A DNA stretch of 32,000 nucleotides from Candidatus Paracaedimonas acanthamoebae (GTDB lineage Bacteria > Pseudomonadota > Alphaproteobacteria > Caedimonadales > Caedimonadaceae), in NCBI GenBank assembly GCA_000743035.1, contig CP008936.1, positions 1,470,001 to 1,502,000 on the forward strand. Reading direction: 5' to 3'. This document shows positions 1 to 9,493 of this stretch, piece after piece. Under the pieces are notes generated by a model. The model was given only the letters and a program-made list of their open reading frames with translations. It was not told the origin of the DNA and ran no database searches. A program made the position numbers and the translations under genes. Every line of letters begins with the position of its first letter. Within the stretch, counting starts at the first letter, position 1.

Positions 1-853
1 TTTGAACATCTATTTTTTTAATATCTTGCCCTTTAAGAATATTAGCAATCATCACGCCCGTCTCTCGCCCAACCTGATATTGATCATTTGCAACAGCGGC
101 AACTGCACCACTTTTAACGGATTCAGGATCACTTGCAAAAACAGGAAGTCCTCCTTTTGTTGCAATCTTGATGATCGTCTCTAATGCTGAAATAACCGTG
201 TTATCGTTTGTAAGTAAAATAGCCTCTACTTTATCAGTAAGGTAAGAGGTTGCTTGGGCAACATCTGCTGTTTTAAAAGCTGATGCTTCTTCAACTTCTA
301 TACCAAAACTTATAGAAGCCTCTTTAATCGCTTTAACTTGTTTTTGAGAATTCTTCTCTGATGGATTATAAATAAGGCCAACTTTACGCAAATTTGGAAG
401 AATTTTTTTGGCGAGCGATAGCTGGGCCTGCGGCAAAGGTAAATCAATCGTGCCTGTTATATGCCCTTTATGGTTTTGTAAACGAGAAACAAGACCCGCA
501 CCTATAGGATCTGTAACAGCCCCAAAAACAATTGGAATTGAAGTATCTTTGGCAGCTTTCAACATTGTTTGTGCAGAAGGGGTTGCAATGGCAACAATTA
601 TCTTCGGACTCAAAGCAACAAATCTTTGCGCTATCTGAGCCGCAATTGTTATGTTTCCTTGGGCGTTTTGATAAAGGAGATCGCTTAAATCTCTCTGTAT
701 GAGCCCTTGCTCGATCAATTCATCTAGAATACCTTGGCGAACCTGATCTAAAGACGGATGTGGGGCAATTTGGGTAATAGCAATTTGCGGTGATTTAGCA
801 AATGCATGATTAAAAAATAAACTTAAAATTAAATACTTAAAAATTTGTAACAT
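1..853 (-). CDS. ABC transporter periplasmic substrate-binding protein (uncharacterised ABC_sub_bind/BMP-like family). The C-terminus runs off the window.
   Basis: I translated the minus strand by hand from the ATG at 853-851, which has a GGAGAA Shine-Dalgarno about 5 nt upstream. The product reads MLQIFKYLILSLFFNHAFAKSPQIAITQIAPHPSLDQVRQGILDEL...IVAIATPSAQ...PIVFGAVTDPIGAGLV...KVGLIYNPSEKNS...FASDPESVKSG. That is a signal peptide followed by motifs typical of this SBP family. It is absent from the ORF track because it is open at the window edge. Confidence 0.7.
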   Translation of the reverse strand, partial: MLQIFKYLILSLFFNHAFAKSPQIAITQIAPHPSLDQVRQGILDELIEQGLIQRDLSDLLYQNAQGNITIAAQIAQRFVALSPKIIVAIATPSAQTMLKAAKDTSIPIVFGAVTDPIGAGLVSRLQNHKGHITGTIDLPLPQAQLSLAKKILPNLRKVGLIYNPSEKNSQKQVKAIKEASISFGIEVEEASAFKTADVAQATSYLTDKVEAILLTNDNTVISALETIIKIATKGGLPVFASDPESVKSGAVAAVANDQYQVGRETGVMIANILKGQDIKKIDVQ

Positions 854-1133
854 CGGCGTTCTCCAACTGTAAAAATTAAACTTAACGAAAGCAAAAAGGG
901 CTTTACCCACCACCATCGCCAAGTTTCAGTTGTGAGAACTTGCGCACAAGACCTTTTCTTAAACTTTAACTTTTGAATTAAAAAGGTCTTGAGCACTCTC
1001 AGACTCCTGCATTAATTATTAGATAATATATAAATTTCTCATAAAAGTCTATGATTGAGTAGGTATCCTACATTTCTGTTTTTTATGCTTTTAAACTACA
1101 GTGGCTCACTTCCTAATTCTCCTTTGAGCAATT

Positions 1134-3779
1134 TTAAAATGTGCTTAATTGCTGTAGGGCTTTATCAATTTTTTGTTGTGATGCTTGTAATTCGATATGT
1201 CGAGCTTGATTCTTCTCGATAATTTCCTCAGGGGCTTTTTGCACAAATTCAGGGTTACTTAATTTTGCTTGAAGCGCGAGTAATTCTTTTTCAGTTTCTC
1301 TTAAGCTAGAGGTCAAACGCTTTTTTTCTACCTCAACATCAATAATATCTCCGAGTGGAAGATATAGAATGTCATCTCCGATCACAAGCTGAAGGGTTCC
1401 AGGGGTCATGGTAAGAGGCTCAATATGAATCGCTTCAAGACGAGCCAATCTTTCGATAAGCCGTTTATGTGTTTTAAGGCGCTCTGCCGTTAAAGTCGTC
1501 ACTTCAGGTGCCCATAGGTGAAGTTTTTCTGAAGCTAAAACATTTAAAGTTGCTCTTGTTCCACGTAGAGTTTCTATTAACTCAATAACCCAAGAAATCT
1601 CCTTTTGTGCCTCTATTTCTTCTTCTATAAACTGCGGCCAAGGTTGTGTTATAAGAAGCCCTTGTTTTCCTTCCGAAAGCTGTTGCCATAGTTCTTCACT
1701 AATGAAAGGCATAAACGGATGCAAGAGGTGACAAAATTGTACTAAAACCCAAGCCGATACTTTTTGCGTTTCATCCTTGAGAGCTAAATCCTCTGAGGCT
1801 AACAAAGGCTTTGCAAACTCTAGGTACCAATCGCAAAATTTTCCCCAAATTGTTTTATACAGAAGGCTCGCCGCTTCATGAAAACGATAAGCTTCTAAAG
1901 CTTCATTGAGCTGTTTTGTTAATAGATGAACTTCATTAATAATCCATTGATTGATCGTGCTTTTAGCATTTTGAAAATTAAATGTTGGATCGTAACGACA
2001 CTCATTCATTTCACAAAAGCGAGCTGCATTCCATAGTTTTGTTGCAAAATTACGATAGCCTTCAACTGTTGTTGTTGAAAATTTTATATCACGTCCCGGA
2101 GCCGCAAGTGCTGCCATGGTAAACCGTAGAGCATCAGCTCCATATTGTTCCATTAAATCTAAAGGATCAACAATGTTTCCTTTAGATTTAGACATCTTCT
2201 TTCCTTCAACATCTCGCACGAGAGCATGGAGATAAACCGTATGAAAAGGAACTTCACTCATCAATTTAAGTCCCATCATCATCATTCTCGCAACCCAGAA
2301 GAAAATGATATCAAGACCAGTAACTAGAGTTGTTGTTGGATAATAACGTTGAAGTTCAGGGGTCTTTTCAGGCCATCCTAACGTTGAAAAAGGCCAAAGA
2401 GCCGAAGAAAACCAGGTATCTAATACGTCTTCATCCTGGCACAATTGAACATTCTTATCATAATGAGCATGTGCTTGCTGAATGGCATCTTGCTCATCCA
2501 TTGCAACAAAAACTTGACCATCTGGACCATACCAAGCGGGGATGCGATGCCCCCACCATAATTGGCGAGAAATACACCACGGCTGAATATTTTCAAGCCA
2601 GTTATAATAAGTAGTTGCCCATTGCTCAGGAACTATTTTTGTGCGTCCTGATCGAACGGCTTCTAAAGCAGGCTTTGCTAAAACAGCAGCATCTGCAAAC
2701 CATTGATCCGTTAATCGAGGCTCGAGAATCACTCCAGACCTTTCCCCATAAGGAATAGTTTGATGCACATCCTCAACTTTTTCTAATAATTCCTGTGCTT
2801 CCAGGACTTCGATTACTTTTTTACGTGCAGAAAATCGTTCAATCCCTTGAAATTCCTGGGGTACATTTTCATTAAGATGTGCATCGATGTTTAAAATATT
2901 AATGATCTCAAGCTGGTGCCGTTGACCTACAGCAAAATCATTAAAATCATGAGCAGGCGTTATTTTAACAGCACCTGTCCCTTTCTCTGGATCACAGTAA
3001 TTGTCCTCGATAATAGGAATTTCACGCCCCACTAAAGGCAGAATAACCTTCTTCCCTCTCAAGTGATGATAACGTTCATCTTCAGGATGCACAGCTACCG
3101 CAGTATCACCAAAAAGCGTCTCAGGCCGCGTTGTTGCGACAATAATAAACTTATTTTCTTCTCCCTTTAGAGGGTAACGGATATGCCAAATCTGACCTTT
3201 AACTTCAGTATTCTTGACTTCTAAATCTGAAACAGCGGTTAAAAGTTTAGGATCCCAATTAACTAAACGCTTAGCTCGATAAATTAATTTTTCTTTATAT
3301 AAATCAACGAAAACTTTTCGGACTGCATAGTTCAACCCTTCATCAAAAGTAAACCGACTTCTTTCCCACTCAGGAGAAATTCCAAGTTTACGTTGTTGAT
3401 TGAGAATCATCCCCCCTGATTTTTCTTTCCATTGCCATGCGCGCTCAAGAAATTTTTCCCGACCTAACTGCCGCCGTTCAAGCCCTTCTTGTTCAAGAAG
3501 ACGCTCAACCACAGTTTGCGTTGCAATTCCTGCATGATCCATACCAGGTTGATACAATACATCAAATCCCCGCATGCGATGGTAGCGCACAAGTATATCT
3601 TGTAAAGTATAGGTTAATGCATGCCCCATATGTAAGCTGCCAGTCACATTTGGGGGTGGCATCATTAAAGCATAAGGCGTTGCTCCCTTTTCTTGTCCAC
3701 TTTGAAATGCTTTGGCAGACTCCCAAGCTTTATAATGCTTTTCTTCTATCTCTTGAGGAGAGTAAGTTTTTGATAACAT
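1134..3779 (-). CDS. valS: Valine--tRNA ligase (class I aaRS)
   Basis: 881-aa ORF with the HIGH-type motif (PNVTGSLHMGHAL), the KMSKS motif (GKKMSKSKGN) and the C-terminal coiled-coil typical of bacterial ValRS. Confidence 0.97.
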   Translation of the reverse strand: MLSKTYSPQEIEEKHYKAWESAKAFQSGQEKGATPYALMMPPPNVTGSLHMGHALTYTLQDILVRYHRMRGFDVLYQPGMDHAGIATQTVVERLLEQEGLERRQLGREKFLERAWQWKEKSGGMILNQQRKLGISPEWERSRFTFDEGLNYAVRKVFVDLYKEKLIYRAKRLVNWDPKLLTAVSDLEVKNTEVKGQIWHIRYPLKGEENKFIIVATTRPETLFGDTAVAVHPEDERYHHLRGKKVILPLVGREIPIIEDNYCDPEKGTGAVKITPAHDFNDFAVGQRHQLEIINILNIDAHLNENVPQEFQGIERFSARKKVIEVLEAQELLEKVEDVHQTIPYGERSGVILEPRLTDQWFADAAVLAKPALEAVRSGRTKIVPEQWATTYYNWLENIQPWCISRQLWWGHRIPAWYGPDGQVFVAMDEQDAIQQAHAHYDKNVQLCQDEDVLDTWFSSALWPFSTLGWPEKTPELQRYYPTTTLVTGLDIIFFWVARMMMMGLKLMSEVPFHTVYLHALVRDVEGKKMSKSKGNIVDPLDLMEQYGADALRFTMAALAAPGRDIKFSTTTVEGYRNFATKLWNAARFCEMNECRYDPTFNFQNAKSTINQWIINEVHLLTKQLNEALEAYRFHEAASLLYKTIWGKFCDWYLEFAKPLLASEDLALKDETQKVSAWVLVQFCHLLHPFMPFISEELWQQLSEGKQGLLITQPWPQFIEEEIEAQKEISWVIELIETLRGTRATLNVLASEKLHLWAPEVTTLTAERLKTHKRLIERLARLEAIHIEPLTMTPGTLQLVIGDDILYLPLGDIIDVEVEKKRLTSSLRETEKELLALQAKLSNPEFVQKAPEEIIEKNQARHIELQASQQKIDKALQQLSTF

Positions 3780-3799
3780 CCTTAGATCTCGTTTACTCT

Positions 3800-4738
3800 T
3801 TATTGTTCTGTAAGAAAACGCTGCGCATCAAGAGCAGCCATGCATCCTTGTCCCGCTGCTGTTACCGCTTGACGATAAATACTATCTTGCACATCTCCTG
3901 CAGCAAAAATTCCAGGAATGCTTGTCCACGTTGAATTTGGGCGACATTTAATGTAGCCATGCTCATCTAATTCAAGCTTATTTTGGAAAATTTCAGTGGC
4001 TGGCTTATGACCGATCGCCACGAAAACACCCTGAGTCTCCAAAACTTGTGTTGTACCATTATCAACATCTTTAATACGAATTCCTGTTACTTTTTTTGGG
4101 TTTTCTTCACCTAAAATTTCTTCAACCGTATGATTCCAAATAACTCGAACCTTAGGATTATTTAAAAGACGATCTTGGAGGATTTTTTCAGCTCGTAAGC
4201 TATCTCGTCGATGCACAAGTGTTATCTGGCTCGCATGTTGTGTTAAAAATAAAGCGTCTTCAACAGCTGTATTTCCACCTCCTATCACAACAACGTCTTG
4301 GTTCTTGAAGAAGAATGCATCGCACGTTGCGCATCCTGAAATGCCATAACCCCGAAATTTTTCTTCACTTGATAAACCAAGCCATTTTGCTTGAGCTCCT
4401 GTGGAAATAACAATCGTTTCCGCAATATAACGATCCCCACTCTCGCCTAAACAAGCGAATGGACGCTGAGAAATATCAATATCAAAAATTGTATCAAACA
4501 AGATTTTTGTCCCTACATGCTCGGCTTGTGCTCGCATTTGTTCCATCAACCAAGGCCCCTGAATCACATCAGCAAATCCAGGATAGTTCTCAACATCCGT
4601 TGTAATTGTTAACTGACCTCCAGGCTGCATTCCTGTAACTAACAACGGGCTCAAATTGCCGCGTGCTGCATAAATAGCCGCTGTATAGCCAGCAGGTCCT
4701 GATCCAATAATAAGCATTTTTGTATGATAATCGGCCAT
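3800..4738 (-). CDS. trxB: Thioredoxin-disulfide reductase
   Basis: 312-aa ORF with an N-terminal FAD fold (IIGSGPAGYTAAIYAAR), the redox-active CATC motif (SGCATCDAFFF), an NADPH motif (VIGGGNTAVEDALFL) and the C-terminal GIFAAGD motif. Confidence 0.95.
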   Translation of the reverse strand: MADYHTKMLIIGSGPAGYTAAIYAARGNLSPLLVTGMQPGGQLTITTDVENYPGFADVIQGPWLMEQMRAQAEHVGTKILFDTIFDIDISQRPFACLGESGDRYIAETIVISTGAQAKWLGLSSEEKFRGYGISGCATCDAFFFKNQDVVVIGGGNTAVEDALFLTQHASQITLVHRRDSLRAEKILQDRLLNNPKVRVIWNHTVEEILGEENPKKVTGIRIKDVDNGTTQVLETQGVFVAIGHKPATEIFQNKLELDEHGYIKCRPNSTWTSIPGIFAAGDVQDSIYRQAVTAAGQGCMAALDAQRFLTEQ

Positions 4739-5033
4739 TGCTCTTCTCTTTAAAAACCAAACATATATCTAAGCTAAAACATCTTTTATTATCATAAAGG
4801 CCGTGAAAGCACGGGTGATAATATAAGCATTTTTTTCAGCATGTTGACGCTCTTGTTCTGAAAACGCTATAATACAAAGGGCAGGGATATTTTTAATTAA
4901 TTTAGACAACATTCCCATCATTTTGCGTTCTAAAACTGAAACTTAATAACACTCAACCTTAAATACCTTATAGCTTTTAAAAAGCTAAACTACCTATCAG
5001 ATTGCTAAAATGTTATTAAGGGCCACTTATATC

Positions 5034-5636
5034 TCAGCGCTCTTCGGCCTTTTTATTAAAAAAGCTACCTAAAAAATCAGTTAATTGCTGAAATAAAGAA
5101 ACTGAAAGTTTAGGAGTTTTTCCCTCAATTAAACTCTCTATCAATTCAACAGCTTCCGAGCTATCCCAACTTGTGGCTCCAATCATGCGCCCAACCATTT
5201 TTCCTTCGCGATTCAAGATGATGGTGGTAGGTAATGCTCTCCAATGTAACGCTTCCTTTACTTTTCCATAAGGATCAAGATAGATGTTCAAGTATTGAAA
5301 CTTGCTTTTGTCATAAAATGACTTAATAGCTTCAGATCTCAAAGGATCAATATTGACTGCAACAACAGCAAAATCCTTGTCAGGAAACATTCCAGCCAAA
5401 CGGTCCAAAGATGGCATTTCAGAAATGCATGGACCACATCCTAGAGACCAAATATTTAAAAGAACTATTCTACCTTTGAATTGCGCTAAATCCGTTGGAT
5501 ATCCTTCATGATTACCAAAACTAAAAGTAGGTAATTCTTGGGGGGAAACGATCTCATATCGACTTAAATTTGCAGAGGCTGCTTGACTGATAATAAAATA
5601 TGAGAATAAAAGATAAAGAGTTTTTAAAGTTTTCAT
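5034..5636 (-). CDS. Periplasmic thiol:disulfide oxidoreductase, TlpA/ResA/CcmG-like thioredoxin family
   Basis: 200-aa ORF with a signal peptide (ISQAASA) and a thioredoxin-fold CXXC (WSLGCGPC) in a TlpA-like context (LPTTIILNREGKMVG). Confidence 0.85.
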   Translation of the reverse strand: MKTLKTLYLLFSYFIISQAASANLSRYEIVSPQELPTFSFGNHEGYPTDLAQFKGRIVLLNIWSLGCGPCISEMPSLDRLAGMFPDKDFAVVAVNIDPLRSEAIKSFYDKSKFQYLNIYLDPYGKVKEALHWRALPTTIILNREGKMVGRMIGATSWDSSEAVELIESLIEGKTPKLSVSLFQQLTDFLGSFFNKKAEER

Positions 5637-5712
5637 GATTTTCCTCCAAAGGAAGCCGTGCTAAGCTCAATTAAGTTTATTTTCTGATTACTGCCTTAAG
5701 GAGCATAACACA

Positions 5713-5859
5713 ATGGAAAAGATATCTTTAAGTCTTTTTTTACCGCTTCTCACTTTTAGTTTTTCTCTTCTCATCAGCGGCTGTGGAAAGAAAGGACCTC
5801 CGGAAGCCCCAACAGGGAGTACCTACAATTACCCACAACCTTATCCCTCAAAAGAATAA
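5713..5859 (+). CDS. Small lipoprotein, LptM/YifL-like (48 aa). Not in the supplied ORF track.
   Basis: Hand translation gives MEKISLSLFLPLLTFSFSLLISGCGKKGPPEAPTGSTYNYPQPYPSKE. It has a lipobox (LISGC) followed by the GCGxKGP motif characteristic of the small LptM-type lipoproteins. Coding status is not otherwise supported. Confidence 0.45.
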   Translation: MEKISLSLFLPLLTFSFSLLISGCGKKGPPEAPTGSTYNYPQPYPSKE

Positions 5860-5885
5860 ATTTTTATTTTATAAAGGAGAAATAA

Positions 5886-6332
5886 ATGGAGATAGATTGG
5901 CAATTAGAGCTTCATTTATGTGTTAAAATTATTATTGCTTTCTTTTTAGGAGCCCTCATAGGGTTTGAACGAGAATATAAGGGTCATGAGGCAGGCATTA
6001 GAACTTTTGGATTCATCGCTTTAGGCTCTTGTATCTTTAGTTTAGCCTCTTTTTATGTTGGCTCCGGGGACCCAGGACGCATTGCAGCTCAAATTGTTTC
6101 TGGGATTAGCTTTATGGGAATAGGACTTATTTTTCGTGACCAGGGATTTATCCGAGGATTAACAACTGCTGCAACGCTTTGGTGTACGGCAGCTATAGGA
6201 ATGACGATTGCATTTGATATGTTCATCATTGGAATTTTAAGCACAATTGTTATTCTTATCTTTTTATCAATTCCTCACTTAAAGCACTGGAAGGGCCTTA
6301 AAGTAAGAAAAAAACCAGCAGATTTATCTTAA
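5886..6332 (+). CDS. MgtC/SapB family membrane protein
   Basis: 148-aa, multi-TM ORF with an MgtC-family N-terminal signature (FFLGALIGFEREYKGHEAGIRTFGFIALGSC). AGGAGA lies upstream of the ATG. Confidence 0.85.
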   Translation: MEIDWQLELHLCVKIIIAFFLGALIGFEREYKGHEAGIRTFGFIALGSCIFSLASFYVGSGDPGRIAAQIVSGISFMGIGLIFRDQGFIRGLTTAATLWCTAAIGMTIAFDMFIIGILSTIVILIFLSIPHLKHWKGLKVRKKPADLS

Positions 6333-6338
6333 AATTAA

Positions 6339-7460
6339 ATGTTACATCATAAAATACTTCATAAACTAACTCAAATAAATTGGGGCATTCTTGTTATTCC
6401 AATTCTTATTGCAACAATTGGTTTTTTTGTCCTTTATTCTGCCGCCCAAGGTAATCTCAGTCCGTGGACCGATCGACAGATGGTTCGGTTTGCAGTTGGA
6501 ATTATAATCTTGATTATTTTTGCTTTAATTGATTTGCGTTTCTGGCTTTCTCAATCGTATGTGCTTTATCTTATTTCTCTTGGGATGTTAGTCATTGTAG
6601 AAATTATAGGATACATCGGCAAGGGAGGACAACGATGGATAGATCTCTATGTTTTTCATTTTCAGCCTTCTGAGCTCATGAAAGTAGCTCTTCTTATGGC
6701 GCTTGCTCGTTATTTTCATAACAGTCCTTTAGAAAATACCGGTCAAACAAAGATGCTAATTCTCCCTCTTCTATTTATCTCGTTGCCTGCCATTCTTGTA
6801 ATGAAGCAACCTGATTTAGGCACAGCGACGCTTCTTATATTGGCGGGCTTTAGCATTATTTTTGCTGCGGGAATTCGAGTATGGAAAATAATGCTTTTTG
6901 GGAGCATAGTCTTAATAGCAACGCCATTTTTATGGAAACACCTTCATCAATATCAACAGGAACGTATCCTCACTTTCTTAAACCCAGAGCGAGATCCTCT
7001 GGGAACTGGCTATCACATCTTGCAATCTAATATTGCCCTAGGTTCAGGCGGTTTTTGGGGAAAAGGTTTCCAGGCTGGAAGCCAAGCTCATCTTGACTTT
7101 CTTCCTGAAAAACAAACTGATTTTATTTTTGCAATGTTATGCGAAGAATTTGGCGTCTTTGGTGGCACTATTTTAATTTTCCTTTATATTATCCTGATTG
7201 CTTATGCTTTTTATGTGAGCCTAAAAAGTCGCAGCGCATATGGACGATACCTGGGAATTGGTCTGGCAATGCTCTTATTCCTTTACGTGTTTATTAATAC
7301 AGCCATGGTTATGGGACTCGTGCCTGTTGTCGGAGTGCCTCTCCCCTTGGTCTCTTACGGGGGCACTTCTATGCTAACTTTTATGATGGCTTTGGGGCTT
7401 TTAATGTCGATTTCTATTCATCGCGACATCAGAGTAGGACGAATTGAAGGCCTTATTTAA
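6339..7460 (+). CDS. rodA: Peptidoglycan glycosyltransferase RodA (FtsW/RodA/SpoVE, SEDS family)
   Basis: 373-aa polytopic ORF with SEDS motifs (QPSELMKV, KQPDLGTA, LPEKQTDFIFA, VPLPLVSYGGTS). Confidence 0.9.
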   Translation: MLHHKILHKLTQINWGILVIPILIATIGFFVLYSAAQGNLSPWTDRQMVRFAVGIIILIIFALIDLRFWLSQSYVLYLISLGMLVIVEIIGYIGKGGQRWIDLYVFHFQPSELMKVALLMALARYFHNSPLENTGQTKMLILPLLFISLPAILVMKQPDLGTATLLILAGFSIIFAAGIRVWKIMLFGSIVLIATPFLWKHLHQYQQERILTFLNPERDPLGTGYHILQSNIALGSGGFWGKGFQAGSQAHLDFLPEKQTDFIFAMLCEEFGVFGGTILIFLYIILIAYAFYVSLKSRSAYGRYLGIGLAMLLFLYVFINTAMVMGLVPVVGVPLPLVSYGGTSMLTFMMALGLLMSISIHRDIRVGRIEGLI

Positions 7461-7516
7461 AAAAAATTATCGACAGCTCTGCAATGCTTTGCTAAGACGG
7501 TAGCATTCTTAGGTGT

Positions 7517-7592
<76 letters not shown>

Positions 7593-7886
7593 AGAAAATC
7601 AATAGCTTATAAAGGCGCCTTCTAAACTGTACTCTTCATGGGGGAGCATATGGGGAGCAAATTTGAAAATAAAGTAAGCAAAAATTTTCTATCGAAGAGT
7701 GCTTATAATCACAGCCTTTAAAACCACTAGATAACCTAGCATTGTCAGACTAAAACTATTCAACTAAAATCCTTAAAGCTATAAATACTATTTTAAAGTA
7801 GAGTTGACTTGTCTACGGAATATCTCAAAGCTACTATGACGGCTATCTTAAAATGTAAAAACTCCTATTCTTAAGAACTAAAGACC

Positions 7887-9488
7887 ATGGATGTACCAGA
7901 AACTCATAAATATAAGCCTATCTACAGAAGCATATTCATTCCTCTAGCTGCTTTCTTTATCATTATATGCTTAATAGGTGTGTTTTGGGACTATGTTTCT
8001 TTTATAGAATCAAGAAAACATCTCAACGAACGAGCCATCAAGGGGCTTCAAGCATTACTCCAAACTCGCATTAATAATATTAAAGAGGAAGCTAACATTA
8101 TAGAGACACGAATTAACCATGCAAATTCTATAAATAAAATTGTGCAAGTTCTTAGCACACCAGTATTCAATATTTCCAAACACTCAAGAATATTTCCATT
8201 TATTGCTTCACACTACATTCTTGAAAGAGATAAACGCTTTTTTATCAGCCCGTATGGAATATCAGATTTAACAGATTTTCCCAGAGAACTATTACAGAAG
8301 CTTTCAAAGGTTTCTCCTCGAGGAGAATTTTATCTATGGGATGGAATGCTGTATTACATGCGCCGTATTAAGCATGCATCTTCTAAACAATTAGATGGTA
8401 TTCTTATCTTATCCTGTGAAGCAAAAGAAATGGTAGATTCAGAGTATAAGCCTGATCACATCAATATCGTATTAAGCTCAAATATTTATCCGTTTTTACA
8501 ACCCGACAAGCTAGACAAAGCATATGGCTCTTTGCCTAATTCAATTACTATCTTAGGCAATATTTATGATTATTATGTTGTTATTCCTGAGACTCCATTA
8601 GCCCTGTTTGCGAAGCTACAAGAAGAAAACGCCTATAAAATATATATTAAACAAAGAACAACACTATGGGCAGCATTGCTTATGCTGTTTTTACTAATAA
8701 TTTCTTCACATTTAATGTTCAAATTTGTATTTCTTACGAAAATCTCAAAGCTAAAACATAAAACAAGCATTGAAGTACAATATGCAGAATCCATTAAAGA
8801 GCGAGAAAAAATCCTCAAAGAAGTTTTTCTCAGACAACAAGAAGATATTAAAATTCTCACCGCTTCTCATTATGTCATATCTCGATATATTGAAGGCAGT
8901 TTAAACACTGACATCCTAACTCCTCAAGGCCTTGAAGAGCTTAACCTTACTGTTGAAAAACCATCATATGCCTTGGAAGAAGGTATTTTATATCCGACTA
9001 AATTTGAAGATACTGATGTTTCAGAAATTTTACACAAGAGCATCCTCTTCCTATTCCCTGACATTTACAACAAAGAGATTAAGATTAGCTTTCAACACAG
9101 TGTGCCTGGGATCATTAACCACGATCCGCTCATTATTGAGCTTTTATTTATCAATGTATTAAAAAATATTATTAAACGCTCACCGCATGCAGGCTTTATT
9201 AATATTCTTATTCGAATTAATAACGATACTCTTGTAGTTGATATCATTGATCAAGGTTATATACATGAGATTAAAACCTTTGCGCATGATTCCTTTAATA
9301 AAAGGGGGGATTTGGTCTCTCTAGAGAATGATCGGGTGTTAAAGTTAGCAGAAGGAGCCAACATCAACATTGAAGTTAAGAATGAACTTGCGCCTCCAAG
9401 AAACAGTACAATTATTGAAATTCCATTTAAAGCATTTCCTCTAGAAAAGATTGTACCTGCAAATGTTATACAGTTTCGAGGCAAGTAA
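7887..9488 (+). CDS. Membrane sensor protein with a degenerate histidine-kinase-like (GHKL) ATPase C-terminus. Orphan: no response regulator nearby.
   Basis: 533 aa. TM1 (IFIPLAAFFIIICLIGVFW) and TM2 (LWAALLMLFLLIISSHLMF) flank about 210 aa of predicted extracytoplasmic sequence, which may be Cache-like. A coiled-coil linker follows, then a weak H-box-like TASHYVISRYI, an N-box-like LLFINVLKNIIKRS and a G1-like DIIDQGY. I could not find a convincing G2 box. Confidence 0.6.
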   Translation: MDVPETHKYKPIYRSIFIPLAAFFIIICLIGVFWDYVSFIESRKHLNERAIKGLQALLQTRINNIKEEANIIETRINHANSINKIVQVLSTPVFNISKHSRIFPFIASHYILERDKRFFISPYGISDLTDFPRELLQKLSKVSPRGEFYLWDGMLYYMRRIKHASSKQLDGILILSCEAKEMVDSEYKPDHINIVLSSNIYPFLQPDKLDKAYGSLPNSITILGNIYDYYVVIPETPLALFAKLQEENAYKIYIKQRTTLWAALLMLFLLIISSHLMFKFVFLTKISKLKHKTSIEVQYAESIKEREKILKEVFLRQQEDIKILTASHYVISRYIEGSLNTDILTPQGLEELNLTVEKPSYALEEGILYPTKFEDTDVSEILHKSILFLFPDIYNKEIKISFQHSVPGIINHDPLIIELLFINVLKNIIKRSPHAGFINILIRINNDTLVVDIIDQGYIHEIKTFAHDSFNKRGDLVSLENDRVLKLAEGANINIEVKNELAPPRNSTIIEIPFKAFPLEKIVPANVIQFRGK

Positions 9489-9493
9489 TTTTT

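Noticed and set aside
947-991. 11-bp inverted repeat CAAGACCTTTT...AAAAGGTCTTG with a 23-nt loop, between valS and the ABC substrate-binding protein gene. I considered a riboswitch, an attenuator or a terminator.
   Set aside because: I recognise no riboswitch consensus and there is no adjacent U-tract. It is most simply a valS terminator or a leader structure, and I cannot discriminate between these from sequence alone.
3437-3934. 165-aa + strand ORF spanning the valS/trxB junction. Also the ORFs at 2330-2614 and 408-638.
   Set aside because: They are antisense to confidently identified valS, trxB and the ABC substrate-binding protein gene. Their sequence is low-complexity and unlike real proteins.
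4844-4873. Near-consensus + strand sigma70 promoter (TTGACG, 18-nt spacer, TATAAT) in the trxB / tlpA-like intergenic region, pointing at the 3' end of the minus-strand tlpA-like gene. An AT-rich hairpin (TAGCTTT-TAA-AAAGCTA) lies about 100 nt downstream, so this could be a small RNA.
   Set aside because: No ORF or recognisable RNA family lies downstream. Promoter-like hexamers arise by chance in AT-rich DNA. The hairpin is equally well explained as the tlpA-like terminator. I cannot support this without transcript data.
7612-7621. Perfect 10-bp palindrome AAGGCGCCTT just 3' of tRNA-Lys, and the nearby short direct repeat TGGGGAGCA x2 (about 7639-7662). I considered these as an att core or a recombinase site.
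   Set aside because: They are too short to be significant. I saw no matching copy elsewhere in the window and no recombinase gene nearby.
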